Shown here piece by piece: positions 47,722 to 59,084 of a DNA stretch of 64,000 nt. The first letter of the stretch is position 1, and the number at the start of each line of letters is the position of its first letter. This DNA comes from an uncultured Flavobacteriales bacterium (lineage in GTDB: Bacteria; Bacteroidota; Bacteroidia; Flavobacteriales_D; Crocinitomicaceae). The DNA is taken from positions 1,841 to 65,840 of the forward strand of contig CAYUQU010000006.1 in the NCBI GenBank assembly GCA_964447015.1, given 5' to 3'. Position numbers and translations under genes: made by a program. The notes beneath the pieces are model-generated. The model was not told the origin of the DNA. It made no database searches and worked only from the letters and a program-made list of their open reading frames with translations.

Positions 47722-49077
47722 TCAATAATTAATGAACCAATTGTAACGATAATCACAATCGCGATATTCGTCATCGATTCGTATGTATGCATTTCCAATC
47801 TTTTCGTCCGTCCATGTTTTGATAGCTTCTTGGCGTTTTTGGTTTAATGCTGCATTTTGAATTAATTGATAATCATCTGTTAAATTAGCTTTATGCGGAG
47901 TTGTGCGATCAGATAGGCGTACAATTCTTACACCTTGCTTGCGTTCCATAAAATTATCGTAAACAGAAGGAGATGTAATGTCTCCAACTTCTAATGCATT
48001 AACAAGGATAAAAATTTGCTGATCAATTTGATTCAAGTCTTCCATGTCCCATAAAGTAGCACCTGTATATGGATTACTTAGCTGCCCTTTGTTTTGATTC
48101 GTGGCTGCATCATTTGAATACTTCAGAACAGCTTCATCCCAAGTAATCTCATTGCGTTTTAGTTTTCTGTGACATTCTTCGATTTTCTCACTCGCTTTCA
48201 TAAACGCTTCTTCAGAAACTTCTGGGATAAGTAAAATGTGACGACAAGTATAATCATCACCTAATCTTTCTACTAATTGTAAAATATGAAAACCATATTC
48301 TGTTTCAAAAATAGGAGAGATTTCACCTGGCTTCATGCTGAAAGCCGTAGTTTCAAATTCTTTCACCATCTGTCCACGACTTGCTTTAAGTTCTCCCCCC
48401 TTATTCCGTGACCCTGGGTCTTGGCTGTATAGTCGTGCCATTGAGGCAAAATTCTTTTCACCTGAAACAATAAGTTCACGGATGCGTTCGAGCTCTGCAA
48501 TTGTTTTGTTTTTATCGTCTTGTGAGATCTCAGGATAAATAACTATTTGTTGTAGTCCTAGCTGTGCATTTATGTACGGCAATGAGTCTGCTGGCAGTTC
48601 ACTGAAAAATTCGCGAACTTCTTTTGGTGATATAATTACTTCTGAAGTAATTGTTCGTTCCATTTCTTGGCCAACTAATCGTTTTCTGATAGCTGGTTTA
48701 AATTCTTCTTTAATCTGCGAAACGCTTTTTCCGTAAAACTTTTCGAGTTCTTCTCTACCACCAATTTGGTTTTCAATTACGCGAATACGTTGTTCCATTT
48801 CTGCGTTAACTTGGTCATCAGAAACAACAACACTGTCCAATTCAGCTTGATTAAGCAATAAATTTTGGTAAAGCAATTCCTCGAGAATAGAACATTCAAG
48901 ATCTCTATTTACTTCAATTTTTTCTTGAATTGCTTGCAGTTTTTGAGACTGAAGCTCTGATAAGAGCACTACATTTCCACCTACTTTAGCAATTACCTTA
49001 TCGATAACATTGTTACCTGGTTGAGCAAAAATCCCAAAACTAAGTAAGCTACTTACGATTATAATAATGTATTTCAT
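47722..49077 (-). CDS. SurA-like peptidyl-prolyl isomerase
   Basis: SurA N-domain plus parvulin motifs (YSQDPGS..KGGEL, FETEYGFHILQ). Confidence 0.9.
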   Translation of the reverse strand: MKYIIIIVSSLLSFGIFAQPGNNVIDKVIAKVGGNVVLLSELQSQKLQAIQEKIEVNRDLECSILEELLYQNLLLNQAELDSVVVSDDQVNAEMEQRIRVIENQIGGREELEKFYGKSVSQIKEEFKPAIRKRLVGQEMERTITSEVIISPKEVREFFSELPADSLPYINAQLGLQQIVIYPEISQDDKNKTIAELERIRELIVSGEKNFASMARLYSQDPGSRNKGGELKASRGQMVKEFETTAFSMKPGEISPIFETEYGFHILQLVERLGDDYTCRHILLIPEVSEEAFMKASEKIEECHRKLKRNEITWDEAVLKYSNDAATNQNKGQLSNPYTGATLWDMEDLNQIDQQIFILVNALEVGDITSPSVYDNFMERKQGVRIVRLSDRTTPHKANLTDDYQLIQNAALNQKRQEAIKTWTDEKIGNAYIRIDDEYRDCDYRYNWFINY

Positions 49078-49921
49078 ATTTGTCTATTGCTTCATCAATT
49101 AGTTGTTTGCCAAGAGTTTCTCGTAAAATACTAATTCTATTTGTGAGTATACGTTGTTTTATATGTTCCTTTTCCATAGAGAAAGGTGAGGGTGCATTTT
49201 TAAGGCGATAGTCGAGTATATTTAAGAAGTAAATGTAACCGTTTTCCTCAAAACTTGTTTTTGTTTTATTCAAAATAAACTTTTCTTTATCAATGCCTTC
49301 AAGAGGAATTTCCTTCATGATGTCGTCAAAATACAACCATTTTTCTTTGTTGTAAAAGAAATTGGCCGCGTACTTGTTGGCATATTCAGTAATCAGAACG
49401 GTATCTTTTGCTTGTCTGAGAAGGTACATGCTATTCACTTTGTTAATATCTGGAGCATTATAAGGAATTTTTAAATAGAGTACCTTCACTATAAAATCAC
49501 TTAATTCAAAGTCCTTTTTATTCATCTCGTAGAAGTTAAGCATCTCTTCTTCAGTTACCAGCGTGTCAAGCATTTGTTCAATCATCATGTTTTCTACTTC
49601 ATAACGTATTAAAGATGCTTTATAGTCTTCAATCTTATAATTTATTTCATTTTGTTTATCGAGAGGAAGACTGTCAAAGTGAATGAGTATTGCAGCTTGT
49701 CTTAGCCATGATTCTATAGCTTGTTCTTCATTTGGTTGATCCCAGCTACCGTTATCTATACGATAGTTTAGTTCCGATTCTAAAAGCACTTGTTTTTCAA
49801 TACGGGCTATTTCAGGGTCATTTTTAGCTTCACAAGAAACAAAAAAAAGAAACCCAAAACATAAAAGGCTGCCTGAAAAGACAGCCTTTTGAAAATTCGA
49901 TATTGTATTAGTTATTGCCAA
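49049..49921 (-). CDS. Putative lipoprotein of the PPIase operon
   Basis: Lipobox FVSC; conserved position between the two PPIase genes. Confidence 0.75.
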   Translation of the reverse strand: MAITNTISNFQKAVFSGSLLCFGFLFFVSCEAKNDPEIARIEKQVLLESELNYRIDNGSWDQPNEEQAIESWLRQAAILIHFDSLPLDKQNEINYKIEDYKASLIRYEVENMMIEQMLDTLVTEEEMLNFYEMNKKDFELSDFIVKVLYLKIPYNAPDINKVNSMYLLRQAKDTVLITEYANKYAANFFYNKEKWLYFDDIMKEIPLEGIDKEKFILNKTKTSFEENGYIYFLNILDYRLKNAPSPFSMEKEHIKQRILTNRISILRETLGKQLIDEAIDKYEIHYYNRK

Positions 49922-51869
49922 GGCTGTATAATACTTCAGTATTTATTTTAATTGGATGTTTTTTAGATAATTCAGCCAACCAAGTCGATTCAAGATATTG
50001 TTGATAAGCAGCAGTTACCGCTCCTTTAGTTTCATTTAAATCCTTTGGACCAGCAGGAATTTCCTCCTTAACCTTTACGACATAAAACTTACCATCATAT
50101 TCGTAGAAAGCATTTATTCCAACTTTAAGGCTTTGATCTTTTAAGAATGCAGTATTGTCAAGTTCAAATTTATTTGATTTGATTTTTACATTCAATGCAG
50201 ATTTCTCATTTACTTTCGCCATTATTTGCGATGGAGTAATTGTGTCATTCTTTAACAGAACAGATACTTTTTGTGCAACATCTTTCGAGTCACATTCATA
50301 CACATCTGCATCAACACGTTTGCCCCAAACAAAGTTGTCTCTATTCTCCTCAAAGAATTGTTTCAAACCTGTAGTGTCTTTTATGGCTTTGTTCCACACT
50401 TTGTCATTCATTATTTCATAAAGAAGTACACCATCATGATATTCATTCATCAAAGCGCGAAACTGAGGGTATTTACTTTCAAGCTGAGCTTCTTCGTATG
50501 CAAGTAGTTGTTCTTTAATGAATGTTTTGTATGCATCGTCAATTAGTACTTTTAAGTCTCCATTACTCCCTTTTGCATTCATGTTTTGAAGATATTCTGC
50601 AAAATCAGTTCTGTGAAAAGTGATTTTATTGAAAGAAAACAAAACAGGATTCTCTGTACTTTCAGGAGCTACCCATTCACCTTGATAATATGAAGAATCC
50701 ACATTGTTGTAGAACCAAGACATTTGCTTAGCTCCCACATCTTTGAATTTATATTCCTTTTTCAATTTGTTGATAAATGATGCTTGCGTAGTTAACGAGC
50801 GCTCATCTTTGTTTACTTTTTGCTGAATTTCTTTCTTTAAATCGTCAAATGACTCAAGTTCTTTAATGCTGTTTCTTTTTACGATATGCCAACCGTATGC
50901 AGTTTGAAAGGGTTCAGAGAAATCCCCATCATTTTTAAGTCCGAAAGCAGCATCTTCAAATTCAGGAACCATGCGTTGGCGACTTCCTGTTCCGAATTCA
51001 GGAAGTACTCCTCCTTTTGATTTTGAAGTTTGATCTTCAGAATATTTTTGCGCCAATTCCTCAAAACTTTCACCAGCAACTAGTTTAGCGTGAATTTCTT
51101 TAATTCTCATTGCTGCATTTTCCTTTGTTTCTTCAGTTGCAGTTTTTGGAGTCATGATCATAATGTGTGAAGTGCTGATAAGGCCTCTAGCTGAGCGTTT
51201 ATCATGTACCTTCAAAATATGGTAACCAAATTTTGTGCGCACAGGCATGCTGACATCACCTATTTTAGTTGTATATGCCGCTTCTTCAAAAGGATATACC
51301 ATTTGGAATGCAGAGAAATAACCTAAGTCACCACCATTATCTTTAACTGAAGGGTCTTCTGAACCAAATTTCCCTCTTGCAACATGAGCAAATTCTTCAC
51401 CTTTTACAATTCGCTTGCGAATTTCCATAATACGGTTGTACGCATTTAACGTATCTTCAGGTGAAGCATTTTCATCCACACGAATTAGTATATGACTTGC
51501 ATGAACTTCTTCTTGTAAACGTTGATATCCTTCTTTTACCAATTGGTTATTTTTAGTAGAGTCTACAAGATAAGGCATAGCTAATTGCTTTCTGTAGCCT
51601 TCAAGTTCTTTCACTAATTTAGGAATGGTGTCATAACCTAAGCGCTCTGCCTCAATAACTTTTAATTTGAACTTTTTGAATAGCTCCATGTATTCATCTA
51701 ACGAAGCTTTATCAAACTGTGGATCATTATTGTTTTTCAAATAAATTTGTAAAAACTCACTTTTAGTTACTGATTTATCGTCCACAGTCATTATTGCAGG
51801 ATCTTTCTGTGCAAAAACTGTTGAGAAAAGAATACTTGAAAAGAATACGATAGCAGTTAGCTTTTTCAT
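49908..51869 (-). CDS. Peptidyl-prolyl isomerase (two parvulin/PpiC domains)
   Basis: ASHILI, GGDLGYF, TKFGYHILKV and TAYGWHIVK motifs. Confidence 0.92.
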   Translation of the reverse strand: MKKLTAIVFFSSILFSTVFAQKDPAIMTVDDKSVTKSEFLQIYLKNNNDPQFDKASLDEYMELFKKFKLKVIEAERLGYDTIPKLVKELEGYRKQLAMPYLVDSTKNNQLVKEGYQRLQEEVHASHILIRVDENASPEDTLNAYNRIMEIRKRIVKGEEFAHVARGKFGSEDPSVKDNGGDLGYFSAFQMVYPFEEAAYTTKIGDVSMPVRTKFGYHILKVHDKRSARGLISTSHIMIMTPKTATEETKENAAMRIKEIHAKLVAGESFEELAQKYSEDQTSKSKGGVLPEFGTGSRQRMVPEFEDAAFGLKNDGDFSEPFQTAYGWHIVKRNSIKELESFDDLKKEIQQKVNKDERSLTTQASFINKLKKEYKFKDVGAKQMSWFYNNVDSSYYQGEWVAPESTENPVLFSFNKITFHRTDFAEYLQNMNAKGSNGDLKVLIDDAYKTFIKEQLLAYEEAQLESKYPQFRALMNEYHDGVLLYEIMNDKVWNKAIKDTTGLKQFFEENRDNFVWGKRVDADVYECDSKDVAQKVSVLLKNDTITPSQIMAKVNEKSALNVKIKSNKFELDNTAFLKDQSLKVGINAFYEYDGKFYVVKVKEEIPAGPKDLNETKGAVTAAYQQYLESTWLAELSKKHPIKINTEVLYSLGNN

Positions 51870-51881
51870 ATTGAACTAATT

Positions 51882-53354
51882 TTATTTTAAACTGTAATTT
51901 GGTGCTTCTCTAGTGATTGATACATCATGAGGATGTGACTCTGTCATACCTGCATTTGTAATTCGAACAAATTCTGCTCCTTTAAGCTTATCTATTGTTG
52001 GCGCTCCACAATATCCCATTCCTGCTCGAAGTCCACCGATAATTTGATACATAACCTCATATAGATGTCCTTTGTAAGGTACACGACCTGAAATTCCTTC
52101 TGGAACGAGTTTCTTTACATCGTCCTCAGCATCTTGAAAATATCTGTCTTTTGATCCTTTTTGCATAGCTTCTAGCGATCCCATACCGCGATACGATTTA
52201 AATTTACGCCCTTGGTAAATAATCGTTTCACCAGGTGATTCCTCCACACCTGCAAACATTGAGCCAACCATAACTGTGTCAGCACCAACGGCAATTGCTT
52301 TAACAATATCTCCTGTGTATCGAATTCCTCCATCCGCAATGACAGGCACTCCAGTACCTTCTAAAGCGCGAGCTACGTCGTTTACTGCAGTTAACTGTGG
52401 TACTCCCACACCCGCAATGATACGTGTTGTACAAATTGAACCTGGTCCAATCCCTACTTTTACTGCATCAGCCCCTGCTTCAACTAAGTATTTTGCTGCT
52501 TCAGCTGTGGCAATATTCCCCACAACGACATCAAGCTTAGGGTAATTTACTTTAACTTCTTTCAATTTAGTGACTACACCTTGAGTGTGACCATGAGCTG
52601 TATCAATAATGATGGCATCAACTCCAGCATCAACTAAAGCTGATACTCGGTCAATAGTGTCACTTGTTACACCAACAGCTGCAGCAACACGTAAACGACC
52701 AAAACTGTCTTTACATGAATTCGGATGTTGGCGAACTTTAATGATATCTTTGTATGTAATCAAACCAACGAGTCTAAAGTCGTTATCAACTACAGGGAGT
52801 TTTTCAATTTTATATTCTTGTAGAATTTGTTCTGCTTGAGCTAAGTCTGTTCCATCTTGAGTAGTCACGAGAGATTTTGAAGTCATTATCTCTTGAACTG
52901 GGCGATTCATGTTCTTTTCAAAACGAAGATCACGGTTGGTGATGATTCCCTTTAAAATTCTATTTTCGTCAGTAACAGGAATTCCACCAATTTTATTTTC
53001 ACGCATTAAGTTCAATGCATCTAGTACAACTGAATCTTCTGAAAGTACAATCGGGTCTAAAATCATTCCGCTTTCAGAACGCTTTACTTTACGAACCTCC
53101 AAAGCTTGATCTGCGATTGACATGTTTTTGTGAATCACACCTATACCTCCTTGCTGCGCAATAGCAATAGCTAAAGCAGACTCTGTTACAGTGTCCATTG
53201 CAGAAGAAATAATAGGTGATTTTAAATTAATGTTTCGCGTAAATTTGGACTCCAGTTTTACATCTTTTGGAAGAACCTCTGAGTACGCAGGCACAAGCAA
53301 TACGTCGTCGTATGTTAACCCTTCTCTTACTTTACTAATATCAGATAAAGCCAT
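51882..53354 (-). CDS. guaB: IMP dehydrogenase
   Basis: [13 protein letters not shown] pair, [13 protein letters not shown] and YRGMGS motifs. Start reassigned to ATG 53354. Confidence 0.98.
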   Translation of the reverse strand: MALSDISKVREGLTYDDVLLVPAYSEVLPKDVKLESKFTRNINLKSPIISSAMDTVTESALAIAIAQQGGIGVIHKNMSIADQALEVRKVKRSESGMILDPIVLSEDSVVLDALNLMRENKIGGIPVTDENRILKGIITNRDLRFEKNMNRPVQEIMTSKSLVTTQDGTDLAQAEQILQEYKIEKLPVVDNDFRLVGLITYKDIIKVRQHPNSCKDSFGRLRVAAAVGVTSDTIDRVSALVDAGVDAIIIDTAHGHTQGVVTKLKEVKVNYPKLDVVVGNIATAEAAKYLVEAGADAVKVGIGPGSICTTRIIAGVGVPQLTAVNDVARALEGTGVPVIADGGIRYTGDIVKAIAVGADTVMVGSMFAGVEESPGETIIYQGRKFKSYRGMGSLEAMQKGSKDRYFQDAEDDVKKLVPEGISGRVPYKGHLYEVMYQIIGGLRAGMGYCGAPTIDKLKGAEFVRITNAGMTESHPHDVSITREAPNYSLK

Positions 53355-53502
53355 ATTGGAACTTACTTTCTTAAATAAATTCTTGCAAAGGTAATAAAAA
53401 TGAGATTGCATTATCACTCTATACTGAGGTTTGTCAGTATTTTTTTTGTTAATTTACCTTAATTTGGCTAACTTTTTGTAGATACTTCGTAAACTTGTAA
53501 AT

Positions 53503-54138
53503 ATGATACGCTTACTTTATACTTTTTCTGCCGTTTTATTTGTGTTAAATATCTCGGTTGTTTCAGCACAAAATGGTGATGAAAAATTGATTCAACTATC
53601 TGGAGTGGTGCTTAGTTCTGATAGTTTGGAGCGTATGCCTTTTACATCTATTTACGATAAAACAACCCGTAGAGGAACAGTTTCTGATTACTATGGTTAT
53701 TTTTCTATGGTGACACGTCCAGGTGATACGCTAGTCTTTGATTATATTGGTTACAAACCAGGTACATACATCGTCCCTGATACTTTATCTGAATTTGGAT
53801 ATGCTTTAATTCAGCTTTTAGATCCTGACACCTTAATGTCAAAAACGGTTCGAGTATATCCATGGCCTTCAAAAGAGGAATTTGCTAAAGCATTTATTGA
53901 AATGGATCCATACGAGGATGATATTCGACGAGCTCAACGTCAACTTTCAGGTAAAAACTTGGCTATTGCAGCAGGAAGATTGACGACAGATGCTAGCTTG
54001 AGCTATAGCTGGCAACGTCAACAAAGTCAGAGTCAGTTGTATTCTAGAGGTCAATTCCCTGTAAACAATTTGTTGAATCCGGTAGCTTGGGCACAGTTTA
54101 TTGAATCATGGAAGTCTGGAAAGTTGAAAAGGGAATAG
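53503..54138 (+). CDS. Carboxypeptidase-regulatory-like domain protein
   Basis: Signal peptide; GTVSDYYGYFS...DTLVFDYIGYK; PWPSKEEF.KAF motif. Confidence 0.8.
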   Translation: MIRLLYTFSAVLFVLNISVVSAQNGDEKLIQLSGVVLSSDSLERMPFTSIYDKTTRRGTVSDYYGYFSMVTRPGDTLVFDYIGYKPGTYIVPDTLSEFGYALIQLLDPDTLMSKTVRVYPWPSKEEFAKAFIEMDPYEDDIRRAQRQLSGKNLAIAAGRLTTDASLSYSWQRQQSQSQLYSRGQFPVNNLLNPVAWAQFIESWKSGKLKRE

Positions 54139-54251
54139 GAAACACTCTTTTTTAGCTTGTAAAATCTGAAATGAGTTCACTTTCGATGACTCACAATACA
54201 ATAAACCACTTTTTTTTCGTTTAAACGGGGTCTTTTATTACTTTTGACCCC

Positions 54252-56906
54252 ATGCAAAATTTGCGCATAATTTTACTTTTTGGTGCACTATTTACCGTGA
54301 CTTGTTTACAGGCTCAATTAGCTGTGGTGAAGGGGTATGTAGTGGATGATGTCGGTTCTAGAATTACAGGAGTTTCCATTCAATCTACAGATAAAACTAT
54401 CCAAACTTTTGTTGATGGACAAGGTAATTTCTCTATAGAATTGGAATCAAATCGCGATTATGATTTGGTTTTTTCGTTTGTTACTAGAAAAAAAATAGTT
54501 CATATTCACTTGCTTAATGGAGAGGTCAGAAATCTTGGTGAAGTTGTTATAGATGCGTTAGAAACAGGCGAAGTTGTGGTTGAAGCAAAACAGGGAGAGT
54601 ATGATGATCCAACTGTCGTAACTCTACCGTATATTGATTTTAGCAATTTCGCATTACCAAACGGTGTCACTCAAGCGCTTGCTTATATCACGCCAGCTGT
54701 TTCAAATAATGAATTAACGGCCAATTATAATGTGCGTGGTGGGAATTATGACGAAAATCTAATTTATGTCAATGGATTTGAGATTTATCGACCGTTTTTA
54801 ACTCGTGCTGGACAACAAGAAGGAATGAGTTTTATCAATTCATCTATGGTTGATAATATCAGTTTTTCTGCTGGTGGTTTTGATGCAAAATATGGCGATC
54901 GTTTAAGCTCTGTTTTGGACATTCAGTATCGAAATCCTGATTCAACTCGCGCGACTTTGGTTGCAGGAATGTTGGGGGCAGAAGTGCATGCAGAAACACG
55001 AAAAAATAGATTTGGTTTCATAGCTGGTGCAAGATATAGATCAAATGGGTATTTGTTAAACACACTTCCTACTAAAGGAGAATACAATCCTGTTTTTTGG
55101 GATGTGCAATTTTTGACTCATTACAATATTACAGAGAATTTACGATGGAATGTTCTGGGGCATTTTTCTTCTAATAAATTTAGTTTTGCTCCACAAACAC
55201 GTGAAACTACATTTGGAACGTTTAATCAAGCTCTTAGCTTTAAGGTCTATTTTCAAGGGCAAGAAATATCGATGTTTCAAACGATTACTGGAGCTACATC
55301 ACTTGAATATGACTTGTCAAAATCAACTCGACTAAACTTTTATGTAAGTGTTTTTAACACGAATGAAACAGAGAATTTTGACGTGTTGGGAGAGTATTAC
55401 ATCAATGAATTAGAAAATGATCCCGCAAAGGAAACTTTTGGTGATTCTGTAAACACCTTAGGTGTTGGTTCTTTCCTTAATCACTCGAGAAATAGACTTA
55501 ACGCAACGATTGCTTCTGTTTATCATACTGGTGAGAAAATTTTCCCGAAGAAGGAAAAGATGAATGACCTAAGACTTGTTCAGCGCGACAGTAGATTAAA
55601 TTGGGGGGCAAAATTTCAGCGCGAGTTTTTTGATGATATAATTAGTGAATGGGTGATGATTGATAGCGCTGGATATGTCACCCCACAAAATTCAGGTGGT
55701 GATTTGGAATTGCGCGATGTTATTAAAGAGAAACACAACTTACAGACTTATCGGGTGACAGGTCATTTAGGATATTCATTCCGTTGGAATTTTGTGAAAG
55801 AAAAGCACATTGTAAAACTCAAAGAAGTAACTCGCGATGAAAACAATAAGAAACAGCGAAGTCACTTTGTTGATACATTGGAACGAATTCCTGCTAGACT
55901 TGCTTTAAATATAGGCTTGCGAAGTGGATATACGAGCGTCAACCAAGAGCCCTGGCTGACTCCGCGTGCATCATTGGTATACACACCACGCCTGTATTTC
56001 TACAGAAATGGTAAAGTATACAGACGAAATATGAAATTGCGTCTTGCTTCTGGACTGTATTATCAACCCCCAATCTACCGTGATTTACGGGGGTATCATG
56101 GCGAATTGAATTTAGATGTACGCGCACAAAAATCATTTCACATTGTAGCTGGTACGGATGTTTTCTTTAATATGTGGAATAGAGAGAGTCCCTTCAAATT
56201 TTCGGCTGAAGTGTATTACAAGTATTTATGGGATGTAAACCCCTATAAAATTTCAGATGTCCGTTTGCGTTATTTTGCTAATAACGATGCTGTTGCATAC
56301 GCTTATGGTGCTGATTTGAATCTAAATGGACAATTCATTAAAGGTGTAGAATCTTTCTTTAAGGTTGGTTTTTTGAGAACGATGGAGAATTTAAAGAACG
56401 ATGATTACTATATGTACTTTAATGCTGCGGGTGATACAATTTATCCAGGTTATACTTTTGATGCTGTGCCAGCAGATAGCGCTCTCCAAACTCCTGGGTA
56501 CATTCCACGACCAAGTGACCAGATGATTACTTTTGGAGCTTTATTTCAGGATAGAATGCCTAAATTTGAGCAATTATCGGTTCAGTTGAGTGCGCTTTTC
56601 GGAAGTAGATTACCTTACGGCCCTCCTGGAGAAGAACGATATAAGGATACCTTGAGACAGAGGTCTTATAAGCGTGTAGATATTGGTGTGAGTTATGACT
56701 TCCTCTATGGTAAATCAAAAGAGTCACGCAAGAAATTTTGGCAAAACTTTACCGATATAAAATTGAGTTTTGAAGTGTTTAACTTACTTGGAATTAACAA
56801 TGTACTTTCTCAGACATGGGTGCAAGATGTAGAAGGTCGTTATTATGCTATTCCTAATTATCTTACCCAGCGCTTGTATAATCTGAAGTTGATAATAAGG
56901 TTGTGA
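54252..56906 (+). CDS. TonB-dependent receptor-like outer-membrane protein
   Basis: Plug NVRGGNYDENLIYVNG, FSAGGFDAKYGDRLSSVLDI; barrel ending FNLLGINN...YLTQRLYNLKLIIRL. Confidence 0.9.
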   Translation: MQNLRIILLFGALFTVTCLQAQLAVVKGYVVDDVGSRITGVSIQSTDKTIQTFVDGQGNFSIELESNRDYDLVFSFVTRKKIVHIHLLNGEVRNLGEVVIDALETGEVVVEAKQGEYDDPTVVTLPYIDFSNFALPNGVTQALAYITPAVSNNELTANYNVRGGNYDENLIYVNGFEIYRPFLTRAGQQEGMSFINSSMVDNISFSAGGFDAKYGDRLSSVLDIQYRNPDSTRATLVAGMLGAEVHAETRKNRFGFIAGARYRSNGYLLNTLPTKGEYNPVFWDVQFLTHYNITENLRWNVLGHFSSNKFSFAPQTRETTFGTFNQALSFKVYFQGQEISMFQTITGATSLEYDLSKSTRLNFYVSVFNTNETENFDVLGEYYINELENDPAKETFGDSVNTLGVGSFLNHSRNRLNATIASVYHTGEKIFPKKEKMNDLRLVQRDSRLNWGAKFQREFFDDIISEWVMIDSAGYVTPQNSGGDLELRDVIKEKHNLQTYRVTGHLGYSFRWNFVKEKHIVKLKEVTRDENNKKQRSHFVDTLERIPARLALNIGLRSGYTSVNQEPWLTPRASLVYTPRLYFYRNGKVYRRNMKLRLASGLYYQPPIYRDLRGYHGELNLDVRAQKSFHIVAGTDVFFNMWNRESPFKFSAEVYYKYLWDVNPYKISDVRLRYFANNDAVAYAYGADLNLNGQFIKGVESFFKVGFLRTMENLKNDDYYMYFNAAGDTIYPGYTFDAVPADSALQTPGYIPRPSDQMITFGALFQDRMPKFEQLSVQLSALFGSRLPYGPPGEERYKDTLRQRSYKRVDIGVSYDFLYGKSKESRKKFWQNFTDIKLSFEVFNLLGINNVLSQTWVQDVEGRYYAIPNYLTQRLYNLKLIIRL

Positions 56907-56956
56907 CAAGTCTGTTTTTTATCGGCACAAGTAGCTGAATTTTCTAGCATAATGTT

Positions 56957-57850
56957 TTAAGATAAGTGAAACTTATCAGGTTGATGCGGTTGCGGAATGT
57001 CAGTTTCCTTAAGCAATTGTTTAATATTTATTTCTATTGTTCGAGCAATAGCAGTTACGGCAGTGTCGGTAGGTTTATTTTCAAATGGGTCTTGCATGTG
57101 TGTAGCTGATTTTTCTAAAAGGAAAAACGCTCCAGAAAGCACAAGTAAAAGTGGAATTTCAAATAATCCTGCGACATCAGTTAATGAAATAGAAAGGGTA
57201 ACAACAAAAAGGTAAATGATAAAATGTAAAAATAAGCGGTAGGTAACAGGAAAAACAGTGTTTTTAATCCGTTCCGACATTCCTTGTGCGTCGCAAAGAC
57301 GCACAATCGTTCTATCTAACTGCAATTGAGAGAAAATGTCCATCTGTCCGTCCTCTTTCAATTTTTTGATATCCATTCCGTTTAATTGTAATATTGCTAA
57401 TGGTTTATTACTGTGTTTTTTTATTTCCTCAAAATCCTCTTGTGACAAAAATTCTTCAAGGTTATCAAGTGGATTCAATCCTCTGAGTGTTTGTCCCAGT
57501 GAATAACACCATGCAATCTGTCTGTAGGCTATTTTCTTAATCGTTTCTTCGTTGCCTTTTGCTGTTAAATTGTTGAGTTGAAGGACTAAGTTGCGCGAAT
57601 CGTTTACGATGCTTCCCCAAACTCTTCGTGCTTCCCACCATCTGTCATAGGACTGGTTGAGTTTGAAAGATAATAAAATTGAAATAGCAGTACCTATGAA
57701 TGCTGGAATTGTTAACGGCATTTCAGGTAAAAAATCCTTGAATTCTTCGGTAAGGTAAATTGCAACAAGAGAAACAATTAGCACATAGATAAGTTCAATT
57801 TTTACTTTGTTGAAAATGTACGTAATTGGAATTCGTTTGTTTAATAACAC
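56957..57850 (-). CDS. Bestrophin family ion channel
   Basis: SYDRWWEAR.VWG.IVN.SR, ERIKNT.FP and MQDPFEN motifs. Confidence 0.92.
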   Translation of the reverse strand: MLLNKRIPITYIFNKVKIELIYVLIVSLVAIYLTEEFKDFLPEMPLTIPAFIGTAISILLSFKLNQSYDRWWEARRVWGSIVNDSRNLVLQLNNLTAKGNEETIKKIAYRQIAWCYSLGQTLRGLNPLDNLEEFLSQEDFEEIKKHSNKPLAILQLNGMDIKKLKEDGQMDIFSQLQLDRTIVRLCDAQGMSERIKNTVFPVTYRLFLHFIIYLFVVTLSISLTDVAGLFEIPLLLVLSGAFFLLEKSATHMQDPFENKPTDTAVTAIARTIEINIKQLLKETDIPQPHQPDKFHLS

Positions 57851-57901
57851 GCTTCTGAATTTTAAGGTTCAGAGTAAAGATAATAATCGTTTCTGAAATT
57901 T

Positions 57902-59074
57902 TTAATTATCTGCAATTAGAATCTTAGTTGTAGCAATAATTTTGTTTCCTTCTTTCACATTTACAAAGTAAAAACCCGCTGATAGATTACCCCGTTTTAG
58001 GGTGATTGTATTCCCTGTGATGTGATTGATTTGTGCAACTTCTTGACCAAATTGATTGCAAATATGTAGGGAAGCCTTATCAAAAGTGTGGTTTGTTTTT
58101 AAAGTTGTTTCAAAAGAAAATGGGTTAGGAAAGATACTTGTTTTGTTAATATCATCAAACTCAGAAATACTTGCGCTGGAACTTACATTATAGGGCATAA
58201 ATGAATAAGCAAACCATTGATAGCCTAAAATATTTATATATTGCTTCCAACTATCAGTTTCATTTTGCAGAAAGGTTTGAATATCATTATAAGGTGTAGT
58301 AACATCATTGGTACTCAACCAAGGTCCCATAAAATTAGGTTCTGCGGAAAAAATTGGAATTACGTCTGTCACTTCATTTCTTGCTGCTATATATTCCAAT
58401 CGCGAGTCTATGTAACTGTATATCCATGAGTAATTACTGATATAATCATGAAGCAGGATACGATCAACCGTGTTGCCTATGGTGATAGCCTGATCTTGCG
58501 TAAACCAACCTACATAAGTTTCGTTAATTATACCTTCAATGTTTGTAAGCGAGTCAACTTGTCGAATTAATTTTTCGAAATAACTGAAAGCTCCTGCATT
58601 ATCACAAGTGTACCCTTCGGGATTTAGATAGGTTGTGCAATAATAGTTTCCTGGTGTTATTGTCTCTTCATTCCAAAATTCGAATTCAACATTATAAACA
58701 TCAAACTTTTGAAGTGGATTTGTATGCTGTATATTGTATGGTTTGATTACATTGTTAAAGAAAAAGAAGTTCTCACCCGCAGCACCTACCTGAATGATGC
58801 CGTAATTTTCCTTTGCATTCTCAATAAAACTAGCTAAAACGACCGATGTACTGACGTTGGTTAAATCATAAGTGACGTGCACGGGCCAAAGATCGTATAG
58901 AGTAAGATAATTAAAGCCATTTTGTTGGGCGTAGTTTAGTAAGCTATCTTCTTTCTCGGGATTTCCTAAAATTTGACTGAAACCGTCTATATATAATCCT
59001 TTTATTGATTGTGCTTTAATAATTGGAATTGAAGTGAATGCACTCAGTAGAAGGAATAGTAGATGTTTTTGCAT
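57902..59074 (-). CDS. T9SS-secreted protein with putative TIM-barrel glycoside hydrolase-like domain
   Basis: Signal peptide; FDVYNVEFEFW resembles the GH18 DxxDxDxE pattern; C-terminal IFPNPFS...AGFYFV T9SS domain. Confidence 0.7.
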   Translation of the reverse strand: MQKHLLFLLLSAFTSIPIIKAQSIKGLYIDGFSQILGNPEKEDSLLNYAQQNGFNYLTLYDLWPVHVTYDLTNVSTSVVLASFIENAKENYGIIQVGAAGENFFFFNNVIKPYNIQHTNPLQKFDVYNVEFEFWNEETITPGNYYCTTYLNPEGYTCDNAGAFSYFEKLIRQVDSLTNIEGIINETYVGWFTQDQAITIGNTVDRILLHDYISNYSWIYSYIDSRLEYIAARNEVTDVIPIFSAEPNFMGPWLSTNDVTTPYNDIQTFLQNETDSWKQYINILGYQWFAYSFMPYNVSSSASISEFDDINKTSIFPNPFSFETTLKTNHTFDKASLHICNQFGQEVAQINHITGNTITLKRGNLSAGFYFVNVKEGNKIIATTKILIADN

Positions 59075-59084
59075 TTTCGAAAAA